Positions 28,056 to 40,290 of a stretch of DNA of 64,000 bases are shown here, piece by piece. Each line of letters starts with the position of its first letter. Within the stretch, counting starts at the first letter, position 1. This DNA is from Chrysemys picta bellii (Eukaryota), in the NCBI RefSeq assembly GCF_011386835.1, contig NC_088797.1, positions 100,688,001 to 100,752,000 on the forward strand. The letters are read 5' to 3'. Under the pieces are notes generated by a model, which saw nothing but the letters and a program-made list of their open reading frames with translations, made no database searches and was not told the DNA's origin. The position numbers and the translations under genes were made by a program.

Positions 28056-29155
28056 GATATAGTGTACTTGGACTTTCAGAAAGCCTGTGAGCAAGGTCCC
28101 TCATCAAAGGGTCTTAAGCAAAGTAGGCAGTCATGGAATAAGAAGGAAGGTCCTCTCATGGATCAGTGACTGGTTAAAAGATAGGAAACAAAAGGAGGAA
28201 TAAATGGTCAGTTTTCACACTGGAGAGATGTTAAACAGTGGGGTCCTCAAGGAATCTGTACTGGGACCAGTGCTGTTCAGCATATTTATGAATGATCTGG
28301 AAAAAGGGGGTAAAAAGTGAGGTGGCAAAGTTTGCAGAAGCTACAAAATTACTCAAGATAGTTAAGTCCAAAGCTGACTGCAAAGATTTACAAAGGGATC
28401 TCACTACACAGGGTGACTATGAAATTCAGGGTTGATGAATGCAAAGTAATGACACTGGAAAACATAATCCCAACTATAAATACTAAATTAGCTGTTACCA
28501 CTAAAGAAAGAGATCTTGGAGTCACTGTGGATAGTTATCTGAAAATATCTGCTCAATGTACAGCAGCAGTTTTCTGTTAGGAACCATTAGCAAAGAGAGA
28601 GACAATAAGACAATAATATCATAAGGCTCTATAATAAACCCATGCTCCACGCACACCTTGAATACTGGTCAGGAAAGGGCAACAAAAATGATTAGGGGTG
28701 TGGAAAAGCTTCTGTATGAAGAGAGACTGTTCAGCTTAGAAAAAGAGATGACTGGAGGAGGGGGGGGTTATGATAGAGGTCTATAAAATCATGAATGGTG
28801 TGGGGAAAGTGAATAAAGAAGTGTTATTTACTCCTTCACTTAACACAAGAACCAGGCGTCACCCAATGAAATTAATAGACAGCAGCTTTAAAATAAACAT
28901 AAGGAAGTACTTCTTCACTCAGTGCATAGTCAACCTGTGGAACTCCTTGTCAGGGGATGTTTATGAGATTCAACTAGATCATAGCTTGATGTGGTGTGGC
29001 TGGAAGGATGCAGAGAGACAGCTGATTCATGTTTGACCTGGACAAATGAAGCATTGAGCATCTAAGGGCACCTTCCCTCTAGCTGGCACAACCAGTATCT
29101 ATTTACTTTTATATTGGTTCTTTCTTTTGATTTCTCCTTCCATTGTAACCACTTA

Positions 29156-29213
<58 letters not shown>

Positions 29214-29228
29214 CTCTCTCTCTCTCTC
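29156..29228. repeat. Compound microsatellite (TC)n(AC)n(TC)n
   Basis: Read directly from the sequence. Confidence 0.97.
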
Positions 29229-30669
29229 CTTTCAAGGCTCCATAACAGCAAATAAGCTGTCAATCAGCTGTGAATAAATACAGACAGCCCTCTTCCCTGG
29301 TGTAGATGTCACTTCACTCCGCCAGATGTCATTAGAGTTGGACATCTTTGATATATGACCGGAGGGAGGGAGGTTTAACTGGAACTGAGAGCGAACGCTC
29401 TAGTTCTGTACTGCTGGTGCAACGAAACTGCAGGCTCTGAATCAGCTGGCAGATACAGTTCACATACTACTGATGCACAAAGCCCGATCACATAGAAAAA
29501 TGAATAAATAGTTGTGACTGCTGTCATCTCACAATACAAATGTAAGTTTCATAGGTTTATTCATTAACCCCTTACCCTCAAAAATACAGTAGATCAGTCC
29601 ATGGGCTAAATGTTCAGTGTGGCGATTGCGGTAGTAAGGATCACAATCCCAGCTATCATTAACGAAAGTTGTGCACCTGGCTTCCTGTGCACTATGTTGA
29701 GAATTTCTCTCACATAGCAATCCTGCTCCCAGTTCATTTGAATCAGAACACTTCACATTATTTCTTCATGTCTATTAAACTGTTCGAGGTGGGGAGAATG
29801 GCTGGAAGCACAAGCTGACCTCTCATTAAAAGTTCCTTCATCACTATTGCATTTTACAATGTTCTCTTTCAGAAATAAAATATGAAGAGGCACTGACAGA
29901 ATATTTGAAATTTTCCTTGGGCATCAGAAAAGATGATGAGTAGAAGGATTTATGTTGGCTAAACCTCAAATTGCAATATCTATAGAACTGCTATTCAAAT
30001 ATTTCACCAAGGGAAGACCCTATACCCTCAATTACATGAACAGAGGCAATCTGTCTCTTCTGAGAACAAAATTAATGAATCTGTACAATTGAGACGATTA
30101 GTTCACTCCATAATTATCACAGCTTCAGTGATGTTTCAAATTAATGTGATGCAAGATGCAGAATTAATTTGATCCAGCTCAATGACCTAAATGCAGACAG
30201 CGCACAACTAAAAATAATGTAAATTTTAAATAATCTGTTTGCCTATCTACTTTAAAGAAGCATTAGAAGTAACTTCAGACAGGAAGTGATTACATACACT
30301 GACTTAAATATTAGAAGTATCATATCAAATTATTAAAACTTCTGAGATTTACAAAAATTTGCAACATGAAGGCAGAGTCTATTGTTAAAAAAAATGACAC
30401 CCTTCCCACTGACCCACACTATTCATAAGTGGTAAACAAAATTCTGCCACAACAATTACCACTGCCTGACATTTAAGGTCCTGTTCCTGCAATTGATCTG
30501 CACTGACTGACCTCTGCACGTGGAGTTCTTCTGAAGTTAATGGGGCTCTGTATATGGCTCCAAGGGTCCAAACACATGGATTCAGATTAAAGAAAGCCCT
30601 AGGTTTTTCCTGATATGAAAAATGGTGAGACGTCTCTGACAATTACTGACTTTTAATTTCTGTGCTTAC

Positions 30670-30733
30670 CTTTAAAATCAAACTGGTAGATGTTTTTCAA
30701 GGATTCATGAAGGAAGTAAAAGCTTCCTAGAGC
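30670..30733 (-). CDS. INPP5A: INPP5A internal coding exon, 64 nt, probably exon 5
   Basis: Encodes ALGSFYFLHESLKNIYQFDFK plus G, identical to the recalled human INPP5A peptide; TTTTTCTACAG acceptor (AG at 30735-30734) and GTAAG donor (30669-30665) on the minus strand. Confidence 0.95.
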
Positions 30734-30970
30734 CTGTAGAAAAACAAAAAATAAATAGTAATAAGTATAGTCTGCTTTTAGTTAAAAACAAAATTGTGAT
30801 ACAGCTTTTCTTACACTTTTTGCATTTGAAATTAAATATCAGTAATTAAAAATATTACATTTGACAAGTAAAACATTTTCAGTAAATCCGTGAAAAGAAA
30901 TGAGTTCTTTCTTTATTTTTCTTTTAAGTTTAATAAGCAGCTATAATGAAGGCCATTAGCAGTTTACCGA

Positions 30971-31675
30971 GGGCTGGTCTAGACTACACAGTTAGGTCGA
31001 CATACGACCGCTTATGTCCACCTAATTATGTCAGTGTCTACACTACAGCCTTGCTCCCACTGATGTAAGTGTCCTTCTACACAGACATAACTACTCCATC
31101 TCCCTGAGAGGTGTAAGGCTCATGTTGGTGTAGTTAGGGCAGTGGTGGGCAACCTGTGGCCCATCAGGGTAATGCGCTGGCAGGCCATGAGACAGTTTGT
31201 TTACATTGACCATCTGCAGGCACAGCCACCCACAGCTCCCAGTGGCCGTGGTTCACTGTTCCCAGCCAATGGGAGCTGTGGGAAGCTGGTGGCTCCACCC
31301 CCCCCGCCCCCGCTAGAAGCCCCGGCGGCTTCATACCTCGCTTCTAGCTGGGAGCCAGGGTGAGAAACTAGGGAGAAAAGCCCAGGTGGCTGTGGACCCT
31401 GCTCCCAGCCAGGGAATGGGGAAGGGGGGGGGAGGACAGCCGCCCTGGAGACCGAGAGCCTGTGAGGCAGCCAGGCTCCCGGCAGGAGGCTGCCCATGGA
31501 GCTGAGAGATCAGTCTCTCAGCTCCCCACACTGCCCTTCTTAGATTGGTGGAAGTGCTCCTGGTGAGGACGTGCACGACCGGCCCAAGGAGGACATGCAG
31601 CACCACAGTAATTACAGCAGTGGCTATAAATCGACCTAATATAGGTTGATCTACATTTCTAGCACAGACATACCC
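30971..31675. mobile_element. Harbinger-type MITE with a nested hAT-like fragment from ~31140
   Basis: Ends GGGCTGGTCTAGACT and AGCACAGACATACCC followed by TAA; internal CAGTGGTGGGCAACCTGTGGCCC is a hAT-MITE-like terminus. Confidence 0.5.
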
Positions 31676-32092
31676 TAAATTTGCTAAGGACACAAATAGT
31701 TAATATACTTTATAAACATCAAACAGACTTATAAAGTTGTTTTTTAATATCACTAAGTACATCACACATTTGGAAATAAACAAATTAAGAGCTCTCCTCT
31801 GGGTGGTGCTAAGCACCTTCATTTGCCACTGAAATAATCCCCATGTAGTCTGCCTCATTATTCCTCTGGCTTGCAGGCCCATCAATGACTGCATCCTTGC
31901 AAGAGACTGCCGAACAGTTTCTGCCTCATATATAGGGCAAAACAAATGTTTCTGGAGGCAGTGTGGACTGCAGGAATGATACACAGTGGTGGGAGTCCTA
32001 AAACCTAATCCTAGATTAGCCATTTTCTCACTGGGTAGTGCAGAGCAAATCACATTTCCTCTTTGTATCAATTTCCCACTGTAGAAGGGGAG

Positions 32093-33188
32093 TGTGACAC
32101 ACAGGCCCTTTGGTGCCAGATGGCAAAGGGTTCATTGTAACACCAACTTGTAACACACCTAATAAACTCACTACACCTAGCACACCACTTTCATAGTATT
32201 TATCCATAAAGAATATTATGTGGGGTCTTAAATGAAAGCCAGCGTCACTAGTTATGAATATAGTTGAATATGTATATACTGATACTATGTAGGAGTTACG
32301 TATATATGATGGAAATATGTTCTTATAGTTTGTATGAAGGTGTTAACAGAGGTGAAAACTGGTTTCCTGACAGACCAGAGATGTTTCTCCAGCTATCTGG
32401 TGAAATGTAAAGTGAGTATTATCTCATTAACAATCACCAGTCTGAGCAAAATGAAGATGAAGGATTGTGAGATTTAACAGGAAGAGAAGAACAGCAGGAG
32501 GAAAGAAGCATTATCTGGGGGGTGCATGTCAAAGGATTACTGGGCAATAACTGGGGGACAAAGAAAAACGTTTGTTATTTTGCACCTTGTAGGAAAATGG
32601 ACAGTGCATTTACATTAATGAAAACTGGATCACAACTTGACTGGAAGCATTGAAAAAGGTTTTGGGTGAAATAAGACTGCTCTAGATAGGAGGTTAGCCT
32701 GTTAAGTTTAGTCTCTAGAAAGTGTGTACTGATTTTGTTTTATATGTAACCCTCCTGTTTCCATGATCTTTACTCACTATCTCTTGAATCTTGATCTTTG
32801 GTAATAAACTGATAAATCTTTCACTATAAATATATCAGTGCTGTGGTATTGTACAACAAGCTAATCCTGAGTTGACTCATTCAAGCTAGTGAGTACACTG
32901 TTCCCTTGGGGACAACATATCTGGTATTACTGTGAGTGTTCAGGGGATGAGGGGCTAAACACTACAGGGGAATGCTTCAAAGGGGCTCACTCAGGGACTG
33001 GGGTGCACCTCTTCTTAACCTTCAAGAGAAAATAAGGACTGGCATAGCGCAGAGGAGATTGTTTGGGTGGCTCACAGCCTGGAGGTGTCAGGAACTGGGT
33101 ACCCAGTTAAGCACAAGCAAGTCTCGCTCTTGCTGGAGGCAGGGGGGGTAACCAGGTGACTCAGTCCTGGTCACCCCGAGAACTGTCA
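32093..33188. mobile_element. Probable solo LTR
   Basis: About 1.1 kb bounded by TGTGAC and TGTCA with composition distinct from its flanks; no convincing TSD. Confidence 0.45.
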
Positions 33189-35235
33189 AGGGGTAATAAT
33201 TATGTATCTCACAGGAGTGTTGTAAAGATTAGTTTGTGTTTGTACAGCTCTTTTCTATTAAATGTTTCAGTAATTGTATACAGGTGATTGCATGCTATTC
33301 CATGCTAATATTTACAGTAACATTGTCATTTGCATAAAGATCACACTTAATTTTATTATTTTTTAAAGTGTATATGTAGATTACTAAAACAGTAAAATGC
33401 AGTGCCAGTATGACAGGTATTTCTAGGGGCCATTAACTATATCAACTGTCTGAGAATATTACTAAGGATAATATCACCCATAACATAATTCAGCTTCCCA
33501 TAAATCTTTGGTTGCCAGAGTGCTATAATTTGAGGAGCACTGAAAGCTAACTTTTCAGTTATCAGATCCTTTTGCTACTTACAAACTAGTAAAAGTTGTC
33601 CATCACACTCCAAAGAGCATTTTGCCATACACAAATAATGTCACTCCCAGTGATCTTAGACTTTGTGTAATTGGAGCAAAACTTGGTCATCTTTTTAGAA
33701 GCAAGAAAGGTAAGCTGATCTGGCTCAGGCAAAATTCAACTAATCTGCTGCTGGAACTACCTTCAGAATTTTGTTTCAAAATAGAAAGTTTGATTAGGGA
33801 ATGAAATCTGTTGGTTGTGAAAAGCTTCTCTTCATCAACATGCAGGAAGTCTCCTAGCTATTTAAAGAGACTGATGTATGAGGTACCAGTAAAGGAAGGC
33901 TGAATAACTCAAGCAAACACTAGGGGAAGAAAGTTAATTCTCCAGATAGGTTTGCTTTGCCATACTCAAAATTCTGTGTTTATAAAACTAGGCCAGGATT
34001 AGAATCTATCCTCTTTTATTAAGAGCTTTTTTGTTTTTAATTAGCATTACATACATATCATTGTGCAAAAAAATATTCGCTAGGGCTGGGATTTTCAAAG
34101 GAGACTAAGGGAGTTTAAAAGTGTCCAAATCACACTGAAACTCACTGGGAGCTGCATGTCTACATTCCTTTGGCTCTTTTGAAACATTACAGGCTAAATC
34201 AATTACTGATCTCCCATGCTCTAACATTCACAATAAGAAGTCCATGATTCAGCTAAGCACACAAACATACCAGTATTCCCATTCCTTTTCAGCAAAGCAT
34301 ATAGGCCCCTATTCAGCAAAGCAAAGCAAAATATTTAAGGACATGCTAAAATCCATCCCTATCCTGCAAGGCACTTAGGCCATGGATTAAGGAAAGCATC
34401 CTTATTCACAACAGCACTTAAGTACATGCTTTACTTTAAGCATGTCCATAAGAGTGTGGGGTCTCAATTCAGGAAACACGCTAATGCTTAATTATGGGAC
34501 TTAATTGTGTGCTTAAGAGCTGTCCCGAATAGAGATTGGGACAGAAGGTCCATGTCCATAATTCATAGTTCATGACAAAAGGAAAACTGGCAAGACTGTT
34601 GAAAGTAAGGGGGTTCCCCAGAAGCCTGACCAAGCCTAGGCAGTCTGTAAAAGGCAGAATTTGAGCTTGGGCATTAAGAATTTGATTACTTGTTATTAAT
34701 CATCATTAATGAGGCTTTGTACCCTTGATGGTCCATCTTCTAGAGAAAACATTAAGGATACGCATATAGTTGCACACTTATAGGTGGCAGAGGCAGCAAC
34801 AAATACTGTCAAAGCTTCCCATGACTTTCTGTTATACGAACATACATGTTCTCCATTTTCTGAGGCCCCAACTTCGGACATCTTGGGTCTGAGTTGAAGA
34901 ACTGCTGAGCACTCAAAACTGCAATTGAGATAATGGAAATGCTGCTCTGAGCATATAAAGTGAAATATATAGAATGGGGATAGTAATACCACCTCTCCTA
35001 ACAGGATGTTGTCAGGACAAATTCATTAATGTTTGTAAAGAATAAAGGATAAATAGAAAAAATGAATTCAACAGTGAACCCATTCAAGTGAGCAATGGAT
35101 GAAGCAGAGGTGTATGGCAATGACATTTGCTCATGTAATTAAAGACTATCATAATGCATACGCAGGGGAGCTGAATTAAGATGCAATCTTAACTCTGGCA
35201 TTTCCTAACTTCTGAGTGCCTGGATTTGCAGCCTT

Positions 35236-35369
35236 NNNNNNNNNNNNNNNNNNNNNNNNNNNNNNNNNNNNNNNNNNNNNNNNNNNNNNNNNNNNNNNNN
35301 NNNNNNNNNNNNNNNNNNNNNNNNNNNNNNNNNNNNNNNNNNNNNNNNNNNNNNNNNNNNNNNNNNNNN
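35236..35369. other. Assembly gap (134 N)
   Basis: Run of N. Confidence 0.99.
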
Positions 35370-38300
35370 CCCATTTAAGTCAATAATAATTTTAGCCATT
35401 GACTTTACTGGGGCCAGAATTTAACCCAAAGTGGAGGTTTTTTATTTTTTTTTAAACCTTTTCCCATTTCTATAATTTGTCGTCTTCTAGTTAGTGACTG
35501 GGGGTTGAAGACATGTTAGCAGTCCATGAAATATCAAGAAAAGAGAGATAAATCTGCTTTTATATTTTGTTATAAAATCTATTAATTCTATTCCCTCCGC
35601 CAACGTTCAGGAGTTCCTTGAGTTTTTAAATTTCTTGGATAAGTTAAATAGAAGCAGTTGAGCGGAAAAAAAACAAGAATCCTTGCCATTACACGAAGTC
35701 TTAATGACAAGTTTAAGAGAACCAAACAAATAGGATGATTTAGTTTTATTTTGTCTTTTTACTTCTCTACTGACTGAGATACCTTCCTGGCAGAGTAGTG
35801 TTTTGGCTCAGTGATTGCTGCATTATTTATGAGAAGCTGCACATTTAGAGATTAAACATTTGCTGATTTGTCAAAAGCACAAACATGAGGTCCTGCCCAT
35901 CTCCTTGACATATTAGTTCATCCAACGGAAAACACTGTCACACATTTAATTGATGAGTACACTTCCTTGTGACCCAGGCAACCTGCTCCAGGGTTGGGTT
36001 TTTTTTAATGGAGGTGGCAAATAAGAAAAAGCAGGAGACATTCTTGTACAGGATTCAAGGTTAACTATTCTGCAACAAGGACAGATTGCCAGAAAAAAAC
36101 ATTCTGATACAAGATAAAAAAAAAAAAAAAAAAAGGCTGACATCTGCTATTTAATTTCTTAACTTAATGGAATTATATTAGCAATTAATAAAAAGGAGCT
36201 GCTACCTCATGGCTAAACTTTGATTATATTCTGGCCTTTGGCTTTTTAAAAACCCAGGAGATTACTCTTAAACAGTAATATGCTTATTGAGTTTTTTGTT
36301 TGTATAGAAGGGTTTATCTTACCTCCCTCATTCATGTAGATAAAATCCCTACCCAGAATCACACAAAACCATTCTAACTGTACTTGGAGCACAGCAAAAT
36401 CACACATGAAAATCTCTTGGCTAATCTTAATTAAAAATAAATAATATAAAATAAAAAGCAGTGCTGCTTTTAAGGAATGGCACCAAACAAAGATCACCAC
36501 TCAAAAAATTTATTTTTCAGAATAATTTTTGTAAAACTAAGTTAACATGAGGTCGGCTGAAAATGGGGACAGTAGTCTGACGTTAGTTTGCATATCTCAA
36601 AACCGTGGGCCAGACTCTGATATCCTTACTCACAAGTAATCCCATTTGGAGTAAAGTATTACTCGTGTGAGTAGGGGGTCTCACAATCTTGCCCTTTATT
36701 ATTTGATTTTATTATATGGTGCTTGCTTTTACAACCATAATAGTCTTTTAACATAGCATTTTTTTAGGCTTTTTAAAAAGGCTTTAGGTTTTTTTAAAAA
36801 AGTAAACTGAAAAAAACAAATTCCATTATGTGGCATCATATTGGTACCCACGTGGGTCATCAGCAGAATTGGAACCTTTAGATACATCATACATCTCTCT
36901 GTCTCTTGAACGGCTGGAGTAACAGATAGTGGTAATAGGCTGTTATCCTGTATGTGGAACAGCACTAGACGGGAATGGGACACTTAGCCAGTGGGTTTCA
37001 CAGCTAGTTGCTGGGAACAGAGGCATGATGAGACCCACATTTCCTGTTACAGACTCTGGAGCAGCATGGGTTCTAGTGGGCACAGACTTGTCTGTCCATT
37101 CCCCCTAAGCATGACCAGTGGCAGAGCCCGGGGTGATGGGCCATTGGCGGTGGCCTGGAGAGCAAACCTGCCTCAAACTCACTTGGCAGTGCTGGTTCCT
37201 GGGCCACAGGGCTGGGCCGGATTCCCCACGCTGGGCATCATTACGGAGGGGCAACCGGGCCAAATTTGAGTGATTGGCGTTGCGACCTGGTGTTGGGGTC
37301 GAAGTGGCATGTAACCCTGTGCACCATGTCACAACACCCAGAGCGGGGAGCCAGGCCCAGCCACTGCCAGGTGAGTGCAGGGCAGCCTCACACTCCAGCC
37401 TCGAAAAGGTGCCAGACATAAACCTAAAGGCTGCTGGGCTCCCAATCTCATTCCCAGTCTCCTTCCCCAACTCCTCCTCCACAGTCTCTTTATCCAGCCA
37501 GTCCCAGTCTCACCTATACATGCTCCCTCTCTCTGTGCTCCCTCCCCCCACAGTCTGGCACTTGTCCTCTCTGCATTTGAATCGGGCAGCTTCCTCTTCC
37601 ATGTGCTACCTGGGCCCAGCAGGGTCAATGAGAGCACAGGAGAGACAGTCTCGCTGTTCTCAGTTCAGCTGCCTGGACCTGGAATGGCCTGCAACTTGCC
37701 AGAGCTGGAAATGCAGGAAAAGTCCTGTTCAGCCGCAGGGCTGTAGCATGCCCAATGTGGACAGAATCTTCATGAAACTTAGCTACTAAAATCTAGTAAG
37801 CATTTACTGAGCATACGTTAACTGCTATTTTTTAAAGGCTTATAAATTGGGCAGATTTTCCTGGAGATGGCAAAAGATACATCCCTGCCAAATTTCAAGT
37901 CTCTGCTCCAAAGATTGGGGGTGCTAGATATTTTCAAAGAAAAGATCCTCAGAATTTTTTAACATGGGCACACTAACATATTTTTCCCTATTCTCATGCT
38001 CAGAAATGGATGAAGTTAAAGAAAAAAAATCAGAACGAGGCAGACACCTGGTATAGAAAGTTTCAGCCCAAATGGTTGAAGTATGGCAAAGTTAAAAGCA
38101 ACAGAAACAGGGCCTTATACAGTAGTGGGAAGTGTCAGTCAACCTTAAAAATAAACAATGCTATCTGCCCTGCCTATAATATTTAAATAGTGGATAGTGC
38201 GAGTTTTTCTTTTTTTTTCTTAATTTCTCATGTCAGATGGTGAATTAAAACCATCTCAACGTACATTTGGAATCTAGGGGCCTGTCCTCATCAGACTAAA

Positions 38301-39337
38301 AATTTTAAAAGCAAGTGAAAATTTCAGCCTACATTATAGGACTGCGAACCCTTATTGTCCCATCACTTATGACAGTTAAAACTAGACATTAGTAAATATA
38401 CTAGGGAAGACTGAAATGACAAGATGGTTCCTTTCTACTACTGATGCCATGATTCTATTAAAAAGAATTGCTATTCACACTCAGGCTACAAGTTTACTCT
38501 CTGAAGGTGCTGACTTGTTTCATGCATTGCTCCACTTTTACAGCTTTAATCTTATTCTCTCTAAAGGATTTTATAGCTGATATGTAGAATTACATAGCAT
38601 ATAGTTTGGTTTGATAATCAATGTTTGTAGCATTAGTAGACTTTCAGCTGCCAGTGCGCATAAAGGATCACTGATAACTATTAAATAATACCTTACAGGT
38701 TCTCTGTCAGGTTCTGATGCTGCCAACACTAAAAGATGTGTTTTGAGTTGGGATATAGTACAGTATACACAAGTATATTAATTCTGAACATACCACTCAC
38801 TAGAGGTAAATGTTAATGGAATGGAAATTATGGTTATCACCACCTTCCGTATTCAAACAGACTTAATCAGGTTTATGTACAGAAGTGGAAACCAATAAAA
38901 ACGATGGAGTGTAGATATGCTATCCACTGCTCTGATTCTAGGGCAACGTAAATGCAAAAAAGGAAACTTTTTTTCCAGGGCCTAAATCATGGATACATCC
39001 TTTCCTAGATTAGGTCATGTTGATTCCACTAGAGTACAACAACAGCAGTTACACATACAAATTAAAACTTCAGTACTCTGGTTTATTAAGCTGTTTAAGG
39101 AACTTCTTCACACACTCTGCTCAGCACCATTTTAAGAGGAGGCCCAACTAATTGTTGTTCAGCAGTAATATTTACAGAACATTAAGCACCCCATAGAGAA
39201 ACTGCATAGCACAAATAGAGATTACAAAGGCACTCACATTTTTAGCCCAAAACATAACTCATCTTTTGCAACTGGAAGCTACAGTAGGAAACATTTCTTA
39301 TTCTAAATTGGTGGCTATTTAATTGATCATTCTAGCA

Positions 39338-39551
39338 CAGTGATTCTCAAAATTTTATACTGGTGTCCCCTTTCACATAGCAAGCCTCTGAGTGCGACCC
39401 CCCCCTTATGAATTAAAAACACTTTTTTATATATTTAACACCATTATAAATGCTTGAAGCAAAGCAGGGTTTGGGGTTGAAGCTGACAGCTCGTGACCCC
39501 CCACATAATAACCTCACGACCCCCTGAGGGGTCCCAGTTTGAGAACCCCTG
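39338..39551. mobile_element. hAT MITE
   Basis: Ends CAGTGATTCTCAAA and TTTGAGAACCCCTG; perfect 8-bp TSD TTCTAGCA at 39330-39337 and 39552-39559. Confidence 0.9.
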
Positions 39552-40079
39552 TTCTAGCAGCTAATAAAAACTAAAATAAAAAACAGCTCACAGTGTAGTG
39601 TAGATTCTACACAAACAGTGCACAAACACGTTAACTAAATAAATTGTAAGATGCAGTCAAAGAAGTGTAGTTACATACTATATATCGTTAAAGAAAGGTT
39701 TATTTATCACACATATTTATTGTTCAGTTTACGTAATGCACCTGCCATTTACAGCAGAATTTAGAAAGCACACAGATCAACAATAGCCAGAAAACTAAAC
39801 TCTCCCTAAAAAAACCTGCTTAGGAAAACATCTGAGAAAACAATGTGCCCTATCGGTAATCAAACGTGGGCTTTGTCAGACCAAAAGAGGAAGCAATTCC
39901 AGAATTGAGGGTCTTCCACTGAAAATACATTGACCAAGCCCCCTGTTGTATAAATCTGATGACTGTCAGTTTGATCATCTCAGGTAACCTCATTTCTCAG
40001 GGTAAGGCACAGACACAGCAAGATAGTTTCTTAATAGATACCCAGGACCCAAACCATTAAGATATTCTAAATAAAAGCC

Positions 40080-40290
40080 AAAACTTTGTACTGCACCAGG
40101 AAATGACTTGGGAGCCAGTATAGAGTCGGGGGTACATGTAATATGCTCCCAGAGTGAAGCCAACTAAGGAGGCAGGCAGCTACTATCTTCACTAGCTGAA
40201 GTTTCCAAATAGTCTTCATATATAGGATCAAGAATACTGCACTGTGGTAATCCAATCTCAACGTGTTATGCATGGATAATTTACAGTGAG
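40080..40290 (-). mobile_element. Old L2-like LINE 3' fragment
   Basis: Minus-strand remnant RLDYHSAVF…LQLVKIVAACLL…PTLYWLPSHFLVQYKVL resembles the L2 ORF2 C-terminus (RLDYCNSL…LQLVQNAAARL…LHWLPV…RIQFKIL). Confidence 0.55.

Larger units (their letters stand above)
24330..28990 (+). mobile_element. Decayed CR1 LINE (ORF1 esterase remnant plus ORF2 RT remnants) with nested insertions
   Basis: ORF1 SGNH-like remnant GELVIRNIDSWVC…CLPDAKVAD…VMVHVGTSDIGK; ORF2 remnants KLNEFFALV, PRPDGIHPRVLKELKYE, DWRIANVPPIIKKG…NPGNYKP, KGKSCLTNLLEF, SGVLKESVLGPVLF, MIEVYKIMNG…RKYFFTQCIVNLWNSL; frameshifted. The 5' boundary is approximate. Confidence 0.88.

Noticed and set aside
35189-35399. ORFs spanning X residues
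   Set aside because: Artefacts of the N gap.
36310-36425. Minus-strand segment bounded by AG and GTAAG, exon-like
   Set aside because: The translation does not match the recalled INPP5A sequence; probably cryptic sites.
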